This document shows, in pieces, positions 1 through 10,087 of a stretch of 64,000 nt of DNA. Below the pieces are notes generated by a model, which was not told where the DNA came from, searched no databases, and saw only the letters and a list, made by a program, of their open reading frames with translations. This DNA is from a virus, in the IMG/VR virus record IMGVR_UViG_3300035695_000001, positions 1-64,000 of that record. One strand, given 5' to 3'. The translations under genes and the position numbers were made by a program. Every line of letters begins with the position of its first letter. Positions within the stretch are counted from its first letter, which is position 1.

Positions 1-1541
1 AGCACGTCGAGCGGATCGCCGGTGGCATCCCGATGGGCCAGCCGATCATTCGGGGGCACCACAGCCAGCGCAAGGCCGAGAAGGACGCGGAGCGCATCGA
101 GAGCGGCATGAAGGCCGCCGTGCGGCTCCACGACACGTCCGAGTATTGGGAGCGCCGCGCCGAGCGGGTGATGCGTCACGCCGCGTACAAGGCCGACCCC
201 GGCCTTCGGGCGCGCCGGATCAAGACCCTGGAGGCCGACCAGCGCCGCCACCAGCGGAGCCTCGCACACGCCGAGCAGTTCGCCGGGCTGTGGCAGAAGG
301 TCGCCGCCTGCACGGACCCGGCCGAGCAACTCAAGATCGCACTCGCGGTCGCCAACCACGACCACGGTGGGGCCTGGTACAAGATCAAGGACGGGGCCCT
401 CGCGCCCGCTCAGGCGGCCGAGCAGGGCATCGCCTCGCACGCCGCCATCGCTGCTTACGAGCGGCGCTGGATCGAGCACCTGACCAACCGGCTGGCCTAC
501 GAGCGGGTCCTGCTCGGCCGTGCTCCGGACCAGGAGATCAAGGTCGACCGGACGCGCACGGGCGCGGCGGCGCTCCCGCTGCTCAACTACAAGGCCCCGG
601 AGGGCCGGATCTCGATCCGTCGCCGGTTCGGTGGGGAGGTCGAGTCGCGCAGGCAGGTCGAGATGACCTCCGCCGAGTACCAGCGGATCTACCACGAGCA
701 GCGTGGGACGCAGGTCTCCGAGGACGGGACGCACCGCGTACGCAGCGCGATCGTCCACACCAAGGGGTCCGGTTCCTACGGTGGCGAGCACGTCGTCGTC
801 TTCCTCTCCGACAAGGGGGCGCACCCCGTGCCCATCCCGAAGCCGAAGGCTCACGAGCCTACGGCAGAGGAGATCGAGGAGGAGGCCGCCGAGGAGGTGG
901 TGGAGCCCGAAGCCTCCGAGCCGTCCGACCCGGAGCCGGTGACCTTCACCGAGCCCGAGGAGCCGGAACCGCCCGAGCCGGTCAACCCTTTCGAGGCCAT
1001 GCGCCAGTCGCTCAAGGCTGGGGTCAAGGCCGTCTCGGTGCCCGAGTTGTTCGTGACGCCGCCCGACCTCGCCGAGCGCGTGGCGGACGAGGCGTACATC
1101 TACCCCGGCATGACCGTGCTCGAACCGAACGGAGGGCTCGGGGCGCTCGCCGAGGCTGCCCGGAAGCGTGATGGCGACGTGACGTGCGTCGAGATCGCGC
1201 ATGCCGCGGTCCAAGTGCTCCGAGGCAAGGGCTTCACCGTCCACCACGACGACTTCCTGACCGTGGACCTGGGCGGGCAGACGTTCGATCGCGTGGTTGC
1301 AAATCCGCCGTTCAGCGCGGAGATCCCCCACGTTCAGCGGGCGTGGTCGATGCTCAAGCCCGGCGGTCGGCTCGTCGCCATCATGTCGGCGGGGGTCTCC
1401 TTCCGCCAGGACAAGGCCACGAAGGCGTTCCGAGACTTCGTGGAGGAGCACGGCGAGATGGAGGACTTGCCCGAGGACTCCTTCGCGTCGTCGGGGACCA
1501 ACGTCCGGACCGTGCTCGTCACCCTCGACAAGCCGCAGTGA
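1..1541 (+). CDS. DUF3560-domain protein fused to SAM-dependent N6-adenine-type DNA methyltransferase (5' truncated by window edge)
   Basis: Frame open from window start. N-terminal GQPIIRGHHSQRKAEKDAERI is typical of DUF3560. C-terminal motifs are FVTP, VLEPNGGLG (motif I), VEI, DFL and VVANPPF (motif IV). Confidence 0.85.
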   Translation, partial: HVERIAGGIPMGQPIIRGHHSQRKAEKDAERIESGMKAAVRLHDTSEYWERRAERVMRHAAYKADPGLRARRIKTLEADQRRHQRSLAHAEQFAGLWQKVAACTDPAEQLKIALAVANHDHGGAWYKIKDGALAPAQAAEQGIASHAAIAAYERRWIEHLTNRLAYERVLLGRAPDQEIKVDRTRTGAAALPLLNYKAPEGRISIRRRFGGEVESRRQVEMTSAEYQRIYHEQRGTQVSEDGTHRVRSAIVHTKGSGSYGGEHVVVFLSDKGAHPVPIPKPKAHEPTAEEIEEEAAEEVVEPEASEPSDPEPVTFTEPEEPEPPEPVNPFEAMRQSLKAGVKAVSVPELFVTPPDLAERVADEAYIYPGMTVLEPNGGLGALAEAARKRDGDVTCVEIAHAAVQVLRGKGFTVHHDDFLTVDLGGQTFDRVVANPPFSAEIPHVQRAWSMLKPGGRLVAIMSAGVSFRQDKATKAFRDFVEEHGEMEDLPEDSFASSGTNVRTVLVTLDKPQ

Positions 1542-1603
1542 CCTCGCGCAGACCCTCCGGCCTACCAGGCGCGGGGGGTTCTTGCGTAGGAGGTGATCAC
1601 ACC

Positions 1604-2218
1604 ATGTCCAGCAGCAAGAAGGCCCGGCCGATGTCATCCGCGTCCCCCATGTCCCGCGTGCTGCCCCCGCCGCAGCGCAGACGCAAGAATGTGGTCGTGG
1701 AGGATGGCGGCGCGATCGTCCAAGTGAACACGCCGCTCGGGGTCGTGTACGTCAAGGCGGACACCATTTCGTCCGGACCCGGTGACGCCAGGCGCCGTGT
1801 GGAGGTCCGCGTCTCCAAGGACAGCGGCAACTTCCTCGCCAGCGAGAGCGCCACCACGCTGGCGATCCTCGACTACGACCCCACCACGCAAAGCGCTCCC
1901 GTCAAGGCTTGCGTCCTGACCCGAGAGACCTTCCTGGGCTTCGAGTGCGCCGGCTTCTACGCTCGCGTGAAGAGCCGCAACGACAACCGCGTGCGCGTCC
2001 GCACCTACAAGGACCCGCAGAGCGCCGTGACCTTCATGGCGCAGAGCGTCGGCCGGAGCCCGAACCTCACTGCCAGGACGACGGACGGCGACGTGCCCAT
2101 CCTCGACGGCAAGGGGGCGCTGCTGCCTGGCGCAGCGGACGCGCTGCGCTGCCTGCTGAACGATGACGAGGCCGCCCTGCTCGACCTCTTCGGGGTTGGG
2201 AAGCCGCCCAGCAAGTGA
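1604..2218 (+). CDS. hypothetical protein
   Basis: SD AGGAGG before ATG 1604; high GC3. Confidence 0.75.
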   Translation: MSSSKKARPMSSASPMSRVLPPPQRRRKNVVVEDGGAIVQVNTPLGVVYVKADTISSGPGDARRRVEVRVSKDSGNFLASESATTLAILDYDPTTQSAPVKACVLTRETFLGFECAGFYARVKSRNDNRVRVRTYKDPQSAVTFMAQSVGRSPNLTARTTDGDVPILDGKGALLPGAADALRCLLNDDEAALLDLFGVGKPPSK

Positions 2219-2274
2219 GCGCTCGCCCCGAGGCTTCCAAGCCGTCGGGGCTGAGCCCGTGAAGGAGGTCAACC

Positions 2275-2883
2275 ATGTACGTGCTGGTCCAGAAGGTCAA
2301 CGACGGGGTCACGTTCTACCCGTGCAACAAGGCGGGCGTGCCCAAGAAACTCCCCAGGCCCAAGCCGACGTTCCGAGGCAAGAGCAAGCCGGCCGAGATC
2401 GGGCCTACCACCCGCCTGGCCCTCGATGCGGCCGAGGAGTGGTACCGAGCCGAGGTCATGGCGGCGTTCGACTCCGGCCCGATGAAGGGGTGCGGGTACG
2501 CCGATGACTTCCGCCAGCACGCCTACACCAAGGACGGGGAGGGTGGCCGGTTCCTCAAGTTGGAGCCGGTGGGCTTCGCCATCGTCGGCGATGACGGCCA
2601 GGTCACGATGAACGACTCGGGCAGCACCCCGACGACTGGCCGCGCCAAGGTGCTCGCCTGCTACCAGGCCCCGCTCCTCAAGGTGAAGAGCACCGAAGGG
2701 GAGGGCTGGTGGCGCTTCGAGCGGATCGTCACGACGGAGCCGGCCGAGGTACCGATCCGTGGCCTCGACAAGATGCGCAAGATCCACCGCGTCATCCCTC
2801 CGGTACCGGCACGCGCGACCTGCGCCAGTCCGGAGGGGCAGCGTCGAAGCGCCGAGTCGACGGACTTGGACCGGCGACAGTGA
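2275..2883 (+). CDS. hypothetical protein
   Basis: SD AAGGAGG; high GC3. Confidence 0.8.
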   Translation: MYVLVQKVNDGVTFYPCNKAGVPKKLPRPKPTFRGKSKPAEIGPTTRLALDAAEEWYRAEVMAAFDSGPMKGCGYADDFRQHAYTKDGEGGRFLKLEPVGFAIVGDDGQVTMNDSGSTPTTGRAKVLACYQAPLLKVKSTEGEGWWRFERIVTTEPAEVPIRGLDKMRKIHRVIPPVPARATCASPEGQRRSAESTDLDRRQ

Positions 2884-2947
2884 CAGCGCACAGTCCGGGG
2901 GCCTCATGGCCCGCCGGGCTGCTGCCGTTGGAAGGAGCCACGTACCC

Positions 2948-3193
2948 ATGCGTCACGACTACGACCCCACGTCGATCCAGGACCCGGCAGCGCGCCGGGC
3001 AACCATCCTCGCCAGGGCCCGCGCCAAGGTCCGGCCCCCCGTCACGGTCGAGCAAGCGAGGGCCGCTACGGCTCTCCTGGCGGTCGCCCAGAGGTCTGGC
3101 GACCCCTCGGAGATCGAGGAGGCCGAGGCCCGCGAGCAGGCGACGTGGGAGGCGTTCGACGAGAGCGCCGAGCGGCCGAAGGAGGCAGCGTGA
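2948..3193 (+). CDS. hypothetical protein
   Basis: SD AAGGAG before ATG 2948; GTGA overlap with next gene. Confidence 0.7.
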   Translation: MRHDYDPTSIQDPAARRATILARARAKVRPPVTVEQARAATALLAVAQRSGDPSEIEEAEAREQATWEAFDESAERPKEAA

Positions 3194-3651
3194 CCCGCGC
3201 AGAGATGGTGGCCATCGTGGTAGCGCGCACGGCCGGAGCGAAACAGCCGATGCGGCACACGCACATCGAGTGCTGGTGTCCGGACCGGGAGCATCGACGC
3301 GACGACTACGACGAGGGCTGCTTCTGCCCACCATGCGCGAGCGAAGCAGCCGTGGCGCTCGGCTACCCGGCCACCGACGCCGAGCCGGAGGCCGAAGGGG
3401 CGGACGACGGCCCGCGCTTCTGCCAAACCTGCGACCGTCTCATCACCCTCCGGAGCACCGACGACATCGAGTGGGGCGTCACCCTCGACGGCGCCTTGGA
3501 TGAGTTGGCCCACTACGAGACCGGGCTCGGATTCGAGCGAGGCGAGCCCAAGACGCCCGAAGACTGGCAGGTCTTCCTGCTCATGGTCGACGCCATCGCC
3601 GAGGAGCACCTGCCCCGGGTCGAGGCCATCATCATGGCGAGGGCGTCATGA
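3190..3651 (+). CDS. Zn-finger-like hypothetical protein
   Basis: CxxC pairs (CPPC, CQTC); coupled start and stop. Confidence 0.7.
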   Translation: MTRAEMVAIVVARTAGAKQPMRHTHIECWCPDREHRRDDYDEGCFCPPCASEAAVALGYPATDAEPEAEGADDGPRFCQTCDRLITLRSTDDIEWGVTLDGALDELAHYETGLGFERGEPKTPEDWQVFLLMVDAIAEEHLPRVEAIIMARAS

Positions 3652-3914
3652 CCACCGCGAAGACCTACACCGTGCTCGCCACCGACTCGTCGGCGTGCCT
3701 CGCCGAGCACGTCACCGCGGAGGAAGCCCTGGAGGCTCACTCCAAGGCAGGCTTCAAGGCGACCATCTTCGACGACTCGGACAACGACCCGGCGTGCATG
3801 GTCGAGATGGGCGGCGCCCTGGCCTGCGAGTGCCACCGATGCGACCCGGGCCACGTCGACCCGGATCAGGACTGGGGTGGCGAGGCCGAACTGCGGGAGG
3901 AGACCAGACGATGA
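3648..3914 (+). CDS. hypothetical protein
   Basis: ATGA coupling; CECHRC motif. Confidence 0.65.
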   Translation: MTTAKTYTVLATDSSACLAEHVTAEEALEAHSKAGFKATIFDDSDNDPACMVEMGGALACECHRCDPGHVDPDQDWGGEAELREETRR

Positions 3915-4000
3915 CGGAGCGCACACCCCGGGGCTCATCGTGAGCTGCCGGGGCTTCGTGCTGAGAGAGCCTGTAGGCTCAACCAGAAGGAGACGACCCC

Positions 4001-5077
4001 ATGTCATTCGACCCCAAGGCAGCGAAAGAGAAACTCGACAAGGCCATCCAGACCGGCGTGGCCCAAGCCAGCACCACGGTCCAGCGGGTGCTCAGCACCG
4101 TCCCGGAGGACGCGATCGTCCGGACCCGCTCGCTGGCGTGGGAGCCGCGGGAGCGGGACGTCGCCATCGTCTTCAACGGGCAGGCCCACCCCATCCACGA
4201 GCACGCCATGCGCCAGATCGGCGAGGTGGCCGGCATCCCCCGCGCTTACGTCGAGTCCCTCATGACCGAGGGCACCCCGCAGCAGCGCCGGGCCCTGCTC
4301 GCCCACAACCTCCGCGAGATGATGGCGGAGCAGCCGGAGACCAAGCGGCACCTCGTCCGCACGGTCGGCAACAGCGTCCGAGGCTTCCTGTCCGACTCCT
4401 ACCGGCGCCTCGACTCCCGCCCGCTGCTCTCCGCCTTCGTCGAGGAGGTGGATCGCTTCGGGGCCGTGCCCTACAGCGGCCGTGCCGGCGACGTCCGCTC
4501 GACGCTCAAGGCGATCATCCCGCGGGTCCTGATCGCTGGCGGCGACGCGGTCGCCTTCGGCCTCCAGTGGGAGAACAGCGACTTCGGCGCCGGGGCGCAC
4601 AGCATCCGGGCCTTCCTGCTCCGGCTCACCTGCCTGAATGGGGCCACGACGGAGGACAACCTCCGCCAGGTCCACCTGGGCAAGCGCTTGGAGGAGAGCA
4701 TCGAGTTCAGCGCGAAGACGCTTGCTCTCGACACGCAGGCCAACGTCTCGGCGCTCCGAGACGTCGTCAAGGCGGCGCTCCTCCCGGCCAAGATCGACAG
4801 CCTCATCGCCCGCATCGACGCCGCGCAGGCCAAGGAGGTGAACTGGGGCGGACTGAAGACCAGGCTCGCCAAGGCGCTGAACAAGGGCGAGATGACGGCG
4901 GCCGAGACCGCCTTCCTCGGGCCCGACGTCGAGAACCTCCCCCCCGCCCCGACGCTGTGGCGGGCCAGCAACGCCCTGTCGTGGATCGCCAAGACGGCGA
5001 CGCCCGACCGGGCCCTGGAGTTGGAGAAGCTCGCGGGCGGGATCCTGGAGAACAAGATCGTCGCCGAGGCCGCGTAG
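4001..5077 (+). CDS. DUF932-family phage/plasmid protein
   Basis: RGFLSDSYRRLD and LRLTCLNG motifs; TLWRASNAL near the C-terminus. Confidence 0.75.
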   Translation: MSFDPKAAKEKLDKAIQTGVAQASTTVQRVLSTVPEDAIVRTRSLAWEPRERDVAIVFNGQAHPIHEHAMRQIGEVAGIPRAYVESLMTEGTPQQRRALLAHNLREMMAEQPETKRHLVRTVGNSVRGFLSDSYRRLDSRPLLSAFVEEVDRFGAVPYSGRAGDVRSTLKAIIPRVLIAGGDAVAFGLQWENSDFGAGAHSIRAFLLRLTCLNGATTEDNLRQVHLGKRLEESIEFSAKTLALDTQANVSALRDVVKAALLPAKIDSLIARIDAAQAKEVNWGGLKTRLAKALNKGEMTAAETAFLGPDVENLPPAPTLWRASNALSWIAKTATPDRALELEKLAGGILENKIVAEAA

Positions 5078-5165
5078 CCTCCCGCCCTCCTGATCGATGA
5101 GTACGGCGCACACCCCGGGGGCTCCACAGCCCTGCGGGGTTGTGGCCGTGTAGGAGGTTCACACC

Positions 5166-6164
5166 ATGACGACCACGACGACCGACAAGACCGACCCGCG
5201 CATCGACAAGGCCCGCAAGATGTTCGCCGAGCGGTGGATCCTGGCCCTGTGCTACGGCACTCAGGCTCCCCTCACGCTGACGGACCACGACTCCGGCTGG
5301 CGGGACATCGAGAGGCACGCCGGCAAGCGCAGAGCGCTGCTCAAGGTGCTCGTCGAGATGGGCTACATCTGGCGCAACGGAGACAAGGACCAGATCACCG
5401 ACAAGGGATTCGCGGAGTCCTTCCTCGACTCCGGCTCGGTCGACTTCTCCCACTTCGTCCCCGAGGGCAAGTCGGTGTGGGAGTACGAGCACGAGGTCAG
5501 GCCCGGGAGCTTCTTCGACTCCGACGGGCTCCCGCTCGGCGTTCGGTGCTTCATCGCCGCCCACCACGACCGCTTCCAGTTCTTCGACTGGGACCCGTAC
5601 ACCAAGCGAGGCACGCCGATCGCCTTCGGTTCCTTCGCCAAGAAGGAGTCGAGCCACAGCATCCTGGTCGCCGACGCGGCCTACACGGCGAAGTTGACCG
5701 CCGAGAAGGACGCCGCGCAGTTCCGGGAGGTCTCCGGCGCCAACCTCGCGCACGGGATGGTGAAGATGGGCTACGCCGAAGAGGCCACCAAGCACGTCTT
5801 CCGGAACGGCAAGCACGACGGCCCCTTCGGCGTCCTGCGATTCGGCACCGACCCGAAGCAGTGGCAGGCGGAGAGCGCCGCCAGGCAGGAGAAGATCCGG
5901 AAGGAGATCGTCGCACTCGCCGAGGAGTTGACCGCCCTGGAGTACGCCGAGAACAAGATGCTCCTCGCCGCTGGGGTCGAGAAGACGCTCTCCCAGGGCG
6001 TCACGGAGGAGGACCGCACGAAGGCGTGGGGCATCTTCCTCGCCGACTACGAGCGGGAGGTCCGGGAGCAGATCGCCAAGCAGAAGGCGTTCGAGGCACA
6101 GCAAGCGGCGGCGGGGTCCATCGACGAGGGCTGCGTGGACGCCAGCCGACGCCGGGAGCAGTAG
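5166..6164 (+). CDS. hypothetical protein
   Basis: SD AGGAGG; high GC3; C-terminal coiled coil. Confidence 0.8.
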   Translation: MTTTTTDKTDPRIDKARKMFAERWILALCYGTQAPLTLTDHDSGWRDIERHAGKRRALLKVLVEMGYIWRNGDKDQITDKGFAESFLDSGSVDFSHFVPEGKSVWEYEHEVRPGSFFDSDGLPLGVRCFIAAHHDRFQFFDWDPYTKRGTPIAFGSFAKKESSHSILVADAAYTAKLTAEKDAAQFREVSGANLAHGMVKMGYAEEATKHVFRNGKHDGPFGVLRFGTDPKQWQAESAARQEKIRKEIVALAEELTALEYAENKMLLAAGVEKTLSQGVTEEDRTKAWGIFLADYEREVREQIAKQKAFEAQQAAAGSIDEGCVDASRRREQ

Positions 6165-6242
6165 CAGCGCACAGCCGGGGCCTCCTACAAGTGGGCGCCC
6201 GGCTTCGCCGTTGCGAGCCGTAACTCGCAGGAGGAGACCAGC

Positions 6243-6872
6243 ATGGATCAGATGGTGGACGAGGTGACGGAGCAGCCCAAGAGCAACGGGATCACGGTGA
6301 CCGTCGAGGGGGTCGACATCCTGCCCGGGTGGGAGGGCCGCGTCTCCTGGGCCGGCAGCTACCGCTGGCTCAAGATCGTCGGGCACTTCGAGCACGCGGT
6401 CGAGGAGGTCGGCATGACCTTCCGCCTGGACATGCACTCGGAGTACAGCGGGATCCGGTGCGACTTCTCGGAGACCCACGACGGCAGCAAGGAGGACGGG
6501 GACAAACTCTGGCAGGCCACCTGGGGCACCGACGGCTTCGTCGCCCTCTCGTACGCGACCCCGCCGCCCCCGAAGATCGCCGCCATCCTCCACGCGAAGG
6601 CCAAGGCCGCCTTCGACGCCTACGAGCGGCCCCTGCTTGCCCGGTACACCGACACCTGCATGGCCATGCTCGACGCCGACCAGTACGACCGCGCGGCGAC
6701 GCGGGACCGGGACCTGGCCTGCAACATCCTGCGGGAGTTCCGCAAGGCCACCAGACCCAAGCCCGCCGAGCCGGACGAGGACGAGGAGCCCAAGCGGGTG
6801 TCCCCCGCCCAGGCGTTCGTCGACCTGACCGGGCTCCCCGTGGGGCTGCCCGCGGGCGAGGCGGAGGCGTAG
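6243..6872 (+). CDS. hypothetical protein
   Basis: SD GGAGGAG; high GC3. Confidence 0.8.
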   Translation: MDQMVDEVTEQPKSNGITVTVEGVDILPGWEGRVSWAGSYRWLKIVGHFEHAVEEVGMTFRLDMHSEYSGIRCDFSETHDGSKEDGDKLWQATWGTDGFVALSYATPPPPKIAAILHAKAKAAFDAYERPLLARYTDTCMAMLDADQYDRAATRDRDLACNILREFRKATRPKPAEPDEDEEPKRVSPAQAFVDLTGLPVGLPAGEAEA

Positions 6873-6901
6873 CGGTTCTCCCGCAACCGAACGATCCAGA
6901 T

Positions 6902-6929
6902 TGTCTAGCAGTGCCTCAAGTGCTAGACA
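6902..6929. promoter_or_regulatory. Paired operator/promoter motif TGTCTAGCA-N10-TGCTAGACA
   Basis: Intergenic inverted pair; also reads TTGTCT-N17-TAGACA (sigma70-like). Confidence 0.75.
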
Positions 6930-7014
6930 GTGACCAGGCGCACGACCCCGGCTCTACCAAGAGCGCGGGGTCGTGGCGTTGCCGGGGACCAGATCCCCGC
7001 AGGAGGATCCTACG

Positions 7015-7392
7015 ATGGGCATGACGAAGAGAGACATGCTGCTGCTCCGCGCCGAGTTCCCGGCGCGCCCTGGACTGCTGCCGTTCGGCGTCGTCCTCTA
7101 CTTCCAGCCGGCACGACCGAGCGTGTCGATCAACGAGCAGCTCCAGGACGTGCTGGATGGCAAGGGCAAGTTCATCGTCCACGACGAGCGGCACTGCGAC
7201 GGCGAGAACGCTGGCGAGATCGCCTACGACAACGGCTCGTACTTCGAGCGCCCCGCCGACGATCGCGCGTATGCCAACGCCTACAAGGAGTTCCGGCGGC
7301 GGGTGGACAAGCACCTCGCCGACTGCGACAACGACGCCAAGGCCGAGGTCAACCCCATCGAGCGGATCCTCCGCTACCGGGGGTCGCGGTGA
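7015..7392 (+). CDS. hypothetical protein
   Basis: SD AGGAGG before ATG 7015. Confidence 0.75.
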   Translation: MGMTKRDMLLLRAEFPARPGLLPFGVVLYFQPARPSVSINEQLQDVLDGKGKFIVHDERHCDGENAGEIAYDNGSYFERPADDRAYANAYKEFRRRVDKHLADCDNDAKAEVNPIERILRYRGSR

Positions 7393-7790
7393 AGCGGCCC
7401 GACGGCACAAAGAGCGCCCCCTTCACCTACAGGATGTCTCGGGGCGAGGCACGCGACTGGGCCAACAACGACCCCGAGGACGTCCGCAGAGCGGTGCGCC
7501 GGACCTATCCCCGAGGCTACGTCCGGATCGTGCATCCGACCCGCGGGAACGCGCTGGTGGAGGTGCTCCAAGATCCTGGCTACGCGCCTCCCGCCAAGCC
7601 CAAACGCCAGCCGCCGAAGCCGCCGAACAAGGACACCTTCGAGGCGAGAACCAACGAGGCCATCAACTGGCTGACCGCGGCGCAGTCCGCCGAGCGCAAA
7701 GGCGACATGGCCGAGGCCAAGCGCTGCGTAAGCGCCGCTCGCGACGAGATCCACCAGGCCGAGATGACCATGGTCGAGAGGGCCGAGTGA
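7389..7790 (+). CDS. hypothetical protein
   Basis: GTGA coupling at both ends. Confidence 0.65.
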   Translation: MKRPDGTKSAPFTYRMSRGEARDWANNDPEDVRRAVRRTYPRGYVRIVHPTRGNALVEVLQDPGYAPPAKPKRQPPKPPNKDTFEARTNEAINWLTAAQSAERKGDMAEAKRCVSAARDEIHQAEMTMVERAE

Positions 7791-8053
7791 GCCGCCGCGT
7801 CCAAGGCTGGGAGAAGGACAAGGCAATCATCTCCCTGTTCGAGATCCTCCGCGACTTCTCGGACATCGACGCGCTAGCGCGTTTCGCTGAGACCGCGCCA
7901 CGCATCGACCCGAAGGTCAAGGCCCGGATCCTGAGCATCCGCAACGCCTACGGGCGAGCCGCCGTCAAGTTCGTCGGTGGCCTCCCGCCCGAGTTCTTCC
8001 GCAAGGAGCGGCAGGCCACCAAGCAGAACGCTCGAAAGAAGAGGGCAGGATGA
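7787..8053 (+). CDS. hypothetical protein
   Basis: GTGA/ATGA coupling. Confidence 0.6.
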   Translation: MSRRVQGWEKDKAIISLFEILRDFSDIDALARFAETAPRIDPKVKARILSIRNAYGRAAVKFVGGLPPEFFRKERQATKQNARKKRAG

Positions 8054-8265
8054 TCAAAGCGAAGGGGACCGAGCACTGTTCATGGTGCCTCGGCGGGACG
8101 ACCAAGGGCGAAGACCTGCTGGAGGGCTCCGAGGGGTGCGAGGATTCTGGCGCCCTCTACCACGGCAACTGCTACTCAGAGTTGAACCTGGCCGAGAGCG
8201 GCGAGTTCGACGACGCCGAACATGAGAAGCGCTTCAAGGCGTGGAAGCAGAGGATGGGGGCGTGA
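8050..8265 (+). CDS. small hypothetical protein
   Basis: ATGA coupling; CSWC...HGNC motif. Confidence 0.6.
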   Translation: MIKAKGTEHCSWCLGGTTKGEDLLEGSEGCEDSGALYHGNCYSELNLAESGEFDDAEHEKRFKAWKQRMGA

Positions 8266-8942
8266 GCAAGCCTGGCGCCATCTTCTCGATCGGCATGGGG
8301 CAGCGCAGGGGATCGAAGAACCGCGAGCCCCTCTCCTTCGACTCGCCGGCCCCCATCATCGAGATCGTCTCGATGCTCGACGCCGTGCTCGTCGATGTCC
8401 GAGCCCTCGGTGGCCCTGCGAAGCAGGAGGACGTCGAGGTCCGCGGCAACCGGAAGTTCTACGCCGCCACGGGGAGCCCCATCTACGATTGCCGGCACGG
8501 ATTCTGGCGGTACGAGTGGGCCCAGGCGCTCGGGGACCGCTACCGCTACCTCGGCGACCTCCTCGGCGGTCCTGGCGGCGGAATGAAGGGCCCCAAGCCC
8601 GCGGGCATGGACATGCTCGAAGCCTGGCACCGCGCCGGGCAGCGCCTCGTGCTCATGTGCGCGTGCTGGGCGGTTGACGATGGCTGGCCCAACGGGCGGC
8701 TATGCCATCGGCACCATCAGATCGCGACCCGTGGGTCGTACTTCGATCCGAGCCTCCCCGCGCCGCTGCTCGACCGCGGGATCGACGTCGCGCACGTCAT
8801 CGATCTTCGACACGATCTCGCCAGACCGAAGAAGCGGCGGGTCCTCGGCTACGTGATGGCCTCCGACCTGCAACGGGCCATCTCCGAGGGGGAGGGGGCC
8901 GAGTACGACATCCCGAACCTGGACGACCTCCTGAAGGAGTAG
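8262..8942 (+). CDS. DUF488-family protein
   Basis: IFSIG, LVDVR, YLGDLLGG, LMCAC and CHRH motifs. Confidence 0.7.
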   Translation: MSKPGAIFSIGMGQRRGSKNREPLSFDSPAPIIEIVSMLDAVLVDVRALGGPAKQEDVEVRGNRKFYAATGSPIYDCRHGFWRYEWAQALGDRYRYLGDLLGGPGGGMKGPKPAGMDMLEAWHRAGQRLVLMCACWAVDDGWPNGRLCHRHHQIATRGSYFDPSLPAPLLDRGIDVAHVIDLRHDLARPKKRRVLGYVMASDLQRAISEGEGAEYDIPNLDDLLKE

Positions 8943-8946
8943 TGAC

Positions 8947-9153
8947 ATGAAGGACATGACCGACATCATCCTGCCTGGCATGCGGATCTCTCGCGTGGCT
9001 GAGATCCTTTGCGCCAACGCTCCGGCCCGTGCCGAGGTCAACACGGTCACCATGCGGGCGCGCTACGCCACCACCAAGCCCGCCGACGTGGCGGAGCAGT
9101 ACCGCAGGGCTATGCGCGCCAAGTACTCACAGAATCCGGGCCGTGGATTCTGA
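8947..9153 (+). CDS. small hypothetical protein
   Basis: SD AAGGAG; fills the gap before a hairpin element. Confidence 0.55.
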   Translation: MKDMTDIILPGMRISRVAEILCANAPARAEVNTVTMRARYATTKPADVAEQYRRAMRAKYSQNPGRGF

Positions 9154-9213
9154 GACGCGACCACCCCGGGGGCTTCGGCCTTCCGGGGTCTGGCCGTTGA
9201 AGGAGACCACCAC

Positions 9214-10032
9214 ATGACGACCAACCCCGCGCCCGCCCCCATGGCGCTCGACGGCCTCAAGATCACCCTCGACGGCTCCCCCCGGGGGCCCACCCTCGTG
9301 CTCCGGACCGGCCAGTACGACACCGGAAGGCTGGCGGTCTTCGCCATGTGCGAGGACGGAGAGCCGTACGGCACGCTGACCGTCCACCTGCCCGACGACC
9401 CGATCGAGGCTGGCCTCATCCACGTCAAGACGTGGGGCGGCAACCAGCCGATGGCGCATGGGGCGCTCGCTTCCGGAGCCTTCGAGGACACCGGAAAGCG
9501 CGTGAAGACCGGCCACGTCGAGGCCCAGGTGTGGCGCGTGCTCGCCACCCTGCCAGCGGGGGTGACCACGCTCGGGTCGAGCCGGCTCCTCGCCGTGCTC
9601 GCCGAGTACAAGATTCCCACGGAGCAGGTCACCCCTTTCCTGCTCAAGATGGCGGAGGACCACGAGCGCAGGTACGGGGGCATGGTCAACAGCGGGCACG
9701 GGAACGTCAACAAAGCGGAGTGCTGGCGCCTGCTCGACACCTGGCTCGGCGTGAAGACGAAGGCGGACGCCCCGGCCACGATCACGCCCCGTGAGGCGTC
9801 CGAGGTCATCGACGCCCTCACGTCCGGCGACTACGACGCCGTGGTCGTGGCCTTCGGTGGAACCGTGCCGGAGGAGCCGGACTACGACTGCGACGACATC
9901 CCCCGGTTCAACATCCCGGAGGACCCGGAACTGGCGGCGATCCTCGCCGACCTGGACGAGGATGCCGGTCCCGAGGGGAGCGACACGCCGCCGCTCGCGC
10001 TGCCGACCCCGGATGGCACCAAGATGCCGTGA
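9214..10032 (+). CDS. DUF4313-like N-terminal domain protein
   Basis: Y-x2-GRLAV...GEPYGTLTVHL...TGKRVKTGHVEAQVW. Confidence 0.6.
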   Translation: MTTNPAPAPMALDGLKITLDGSPRGPTLVLRTGQYDTGRLAVFAMCEDGEPYGTLTVHLPDDPIEAGLIHVKTWGGNQPMAHGALASGAFEDTGKRVKTGHVEAQVWRVLATLPAGVTTLGSSRLLAVLAEYKIPTEQVTPFLLKMAEDHERRYGGMVNSGHGNVNKAECWRLLDTWLGVKTKADAPATITPREASEVIDALTSGDYDAVVVAFGGTVPEEPDYDCDDIPRFNIPEDPELAAILADLDEDAGPEGSDTPPLALPTPDGTKMP

Positions 10033-10087
10033 ACTGCGAGTAGCCGCCGCCCATCTGGGTTGGCGGCTCTCAGCGTTGGAGGAACCA

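Noticed and set aside
4803-6593. Long antisense or alternate-frame ORFs (e.g. 4803-6593, 10916-12937, 22191-23795, 24886-26562, 43082-45088)
   Set aside because: These are shadow ORFs expected at high GC. They are Arg/Gly/Pro-rich, lack motifs, and overlap better-supported genes.
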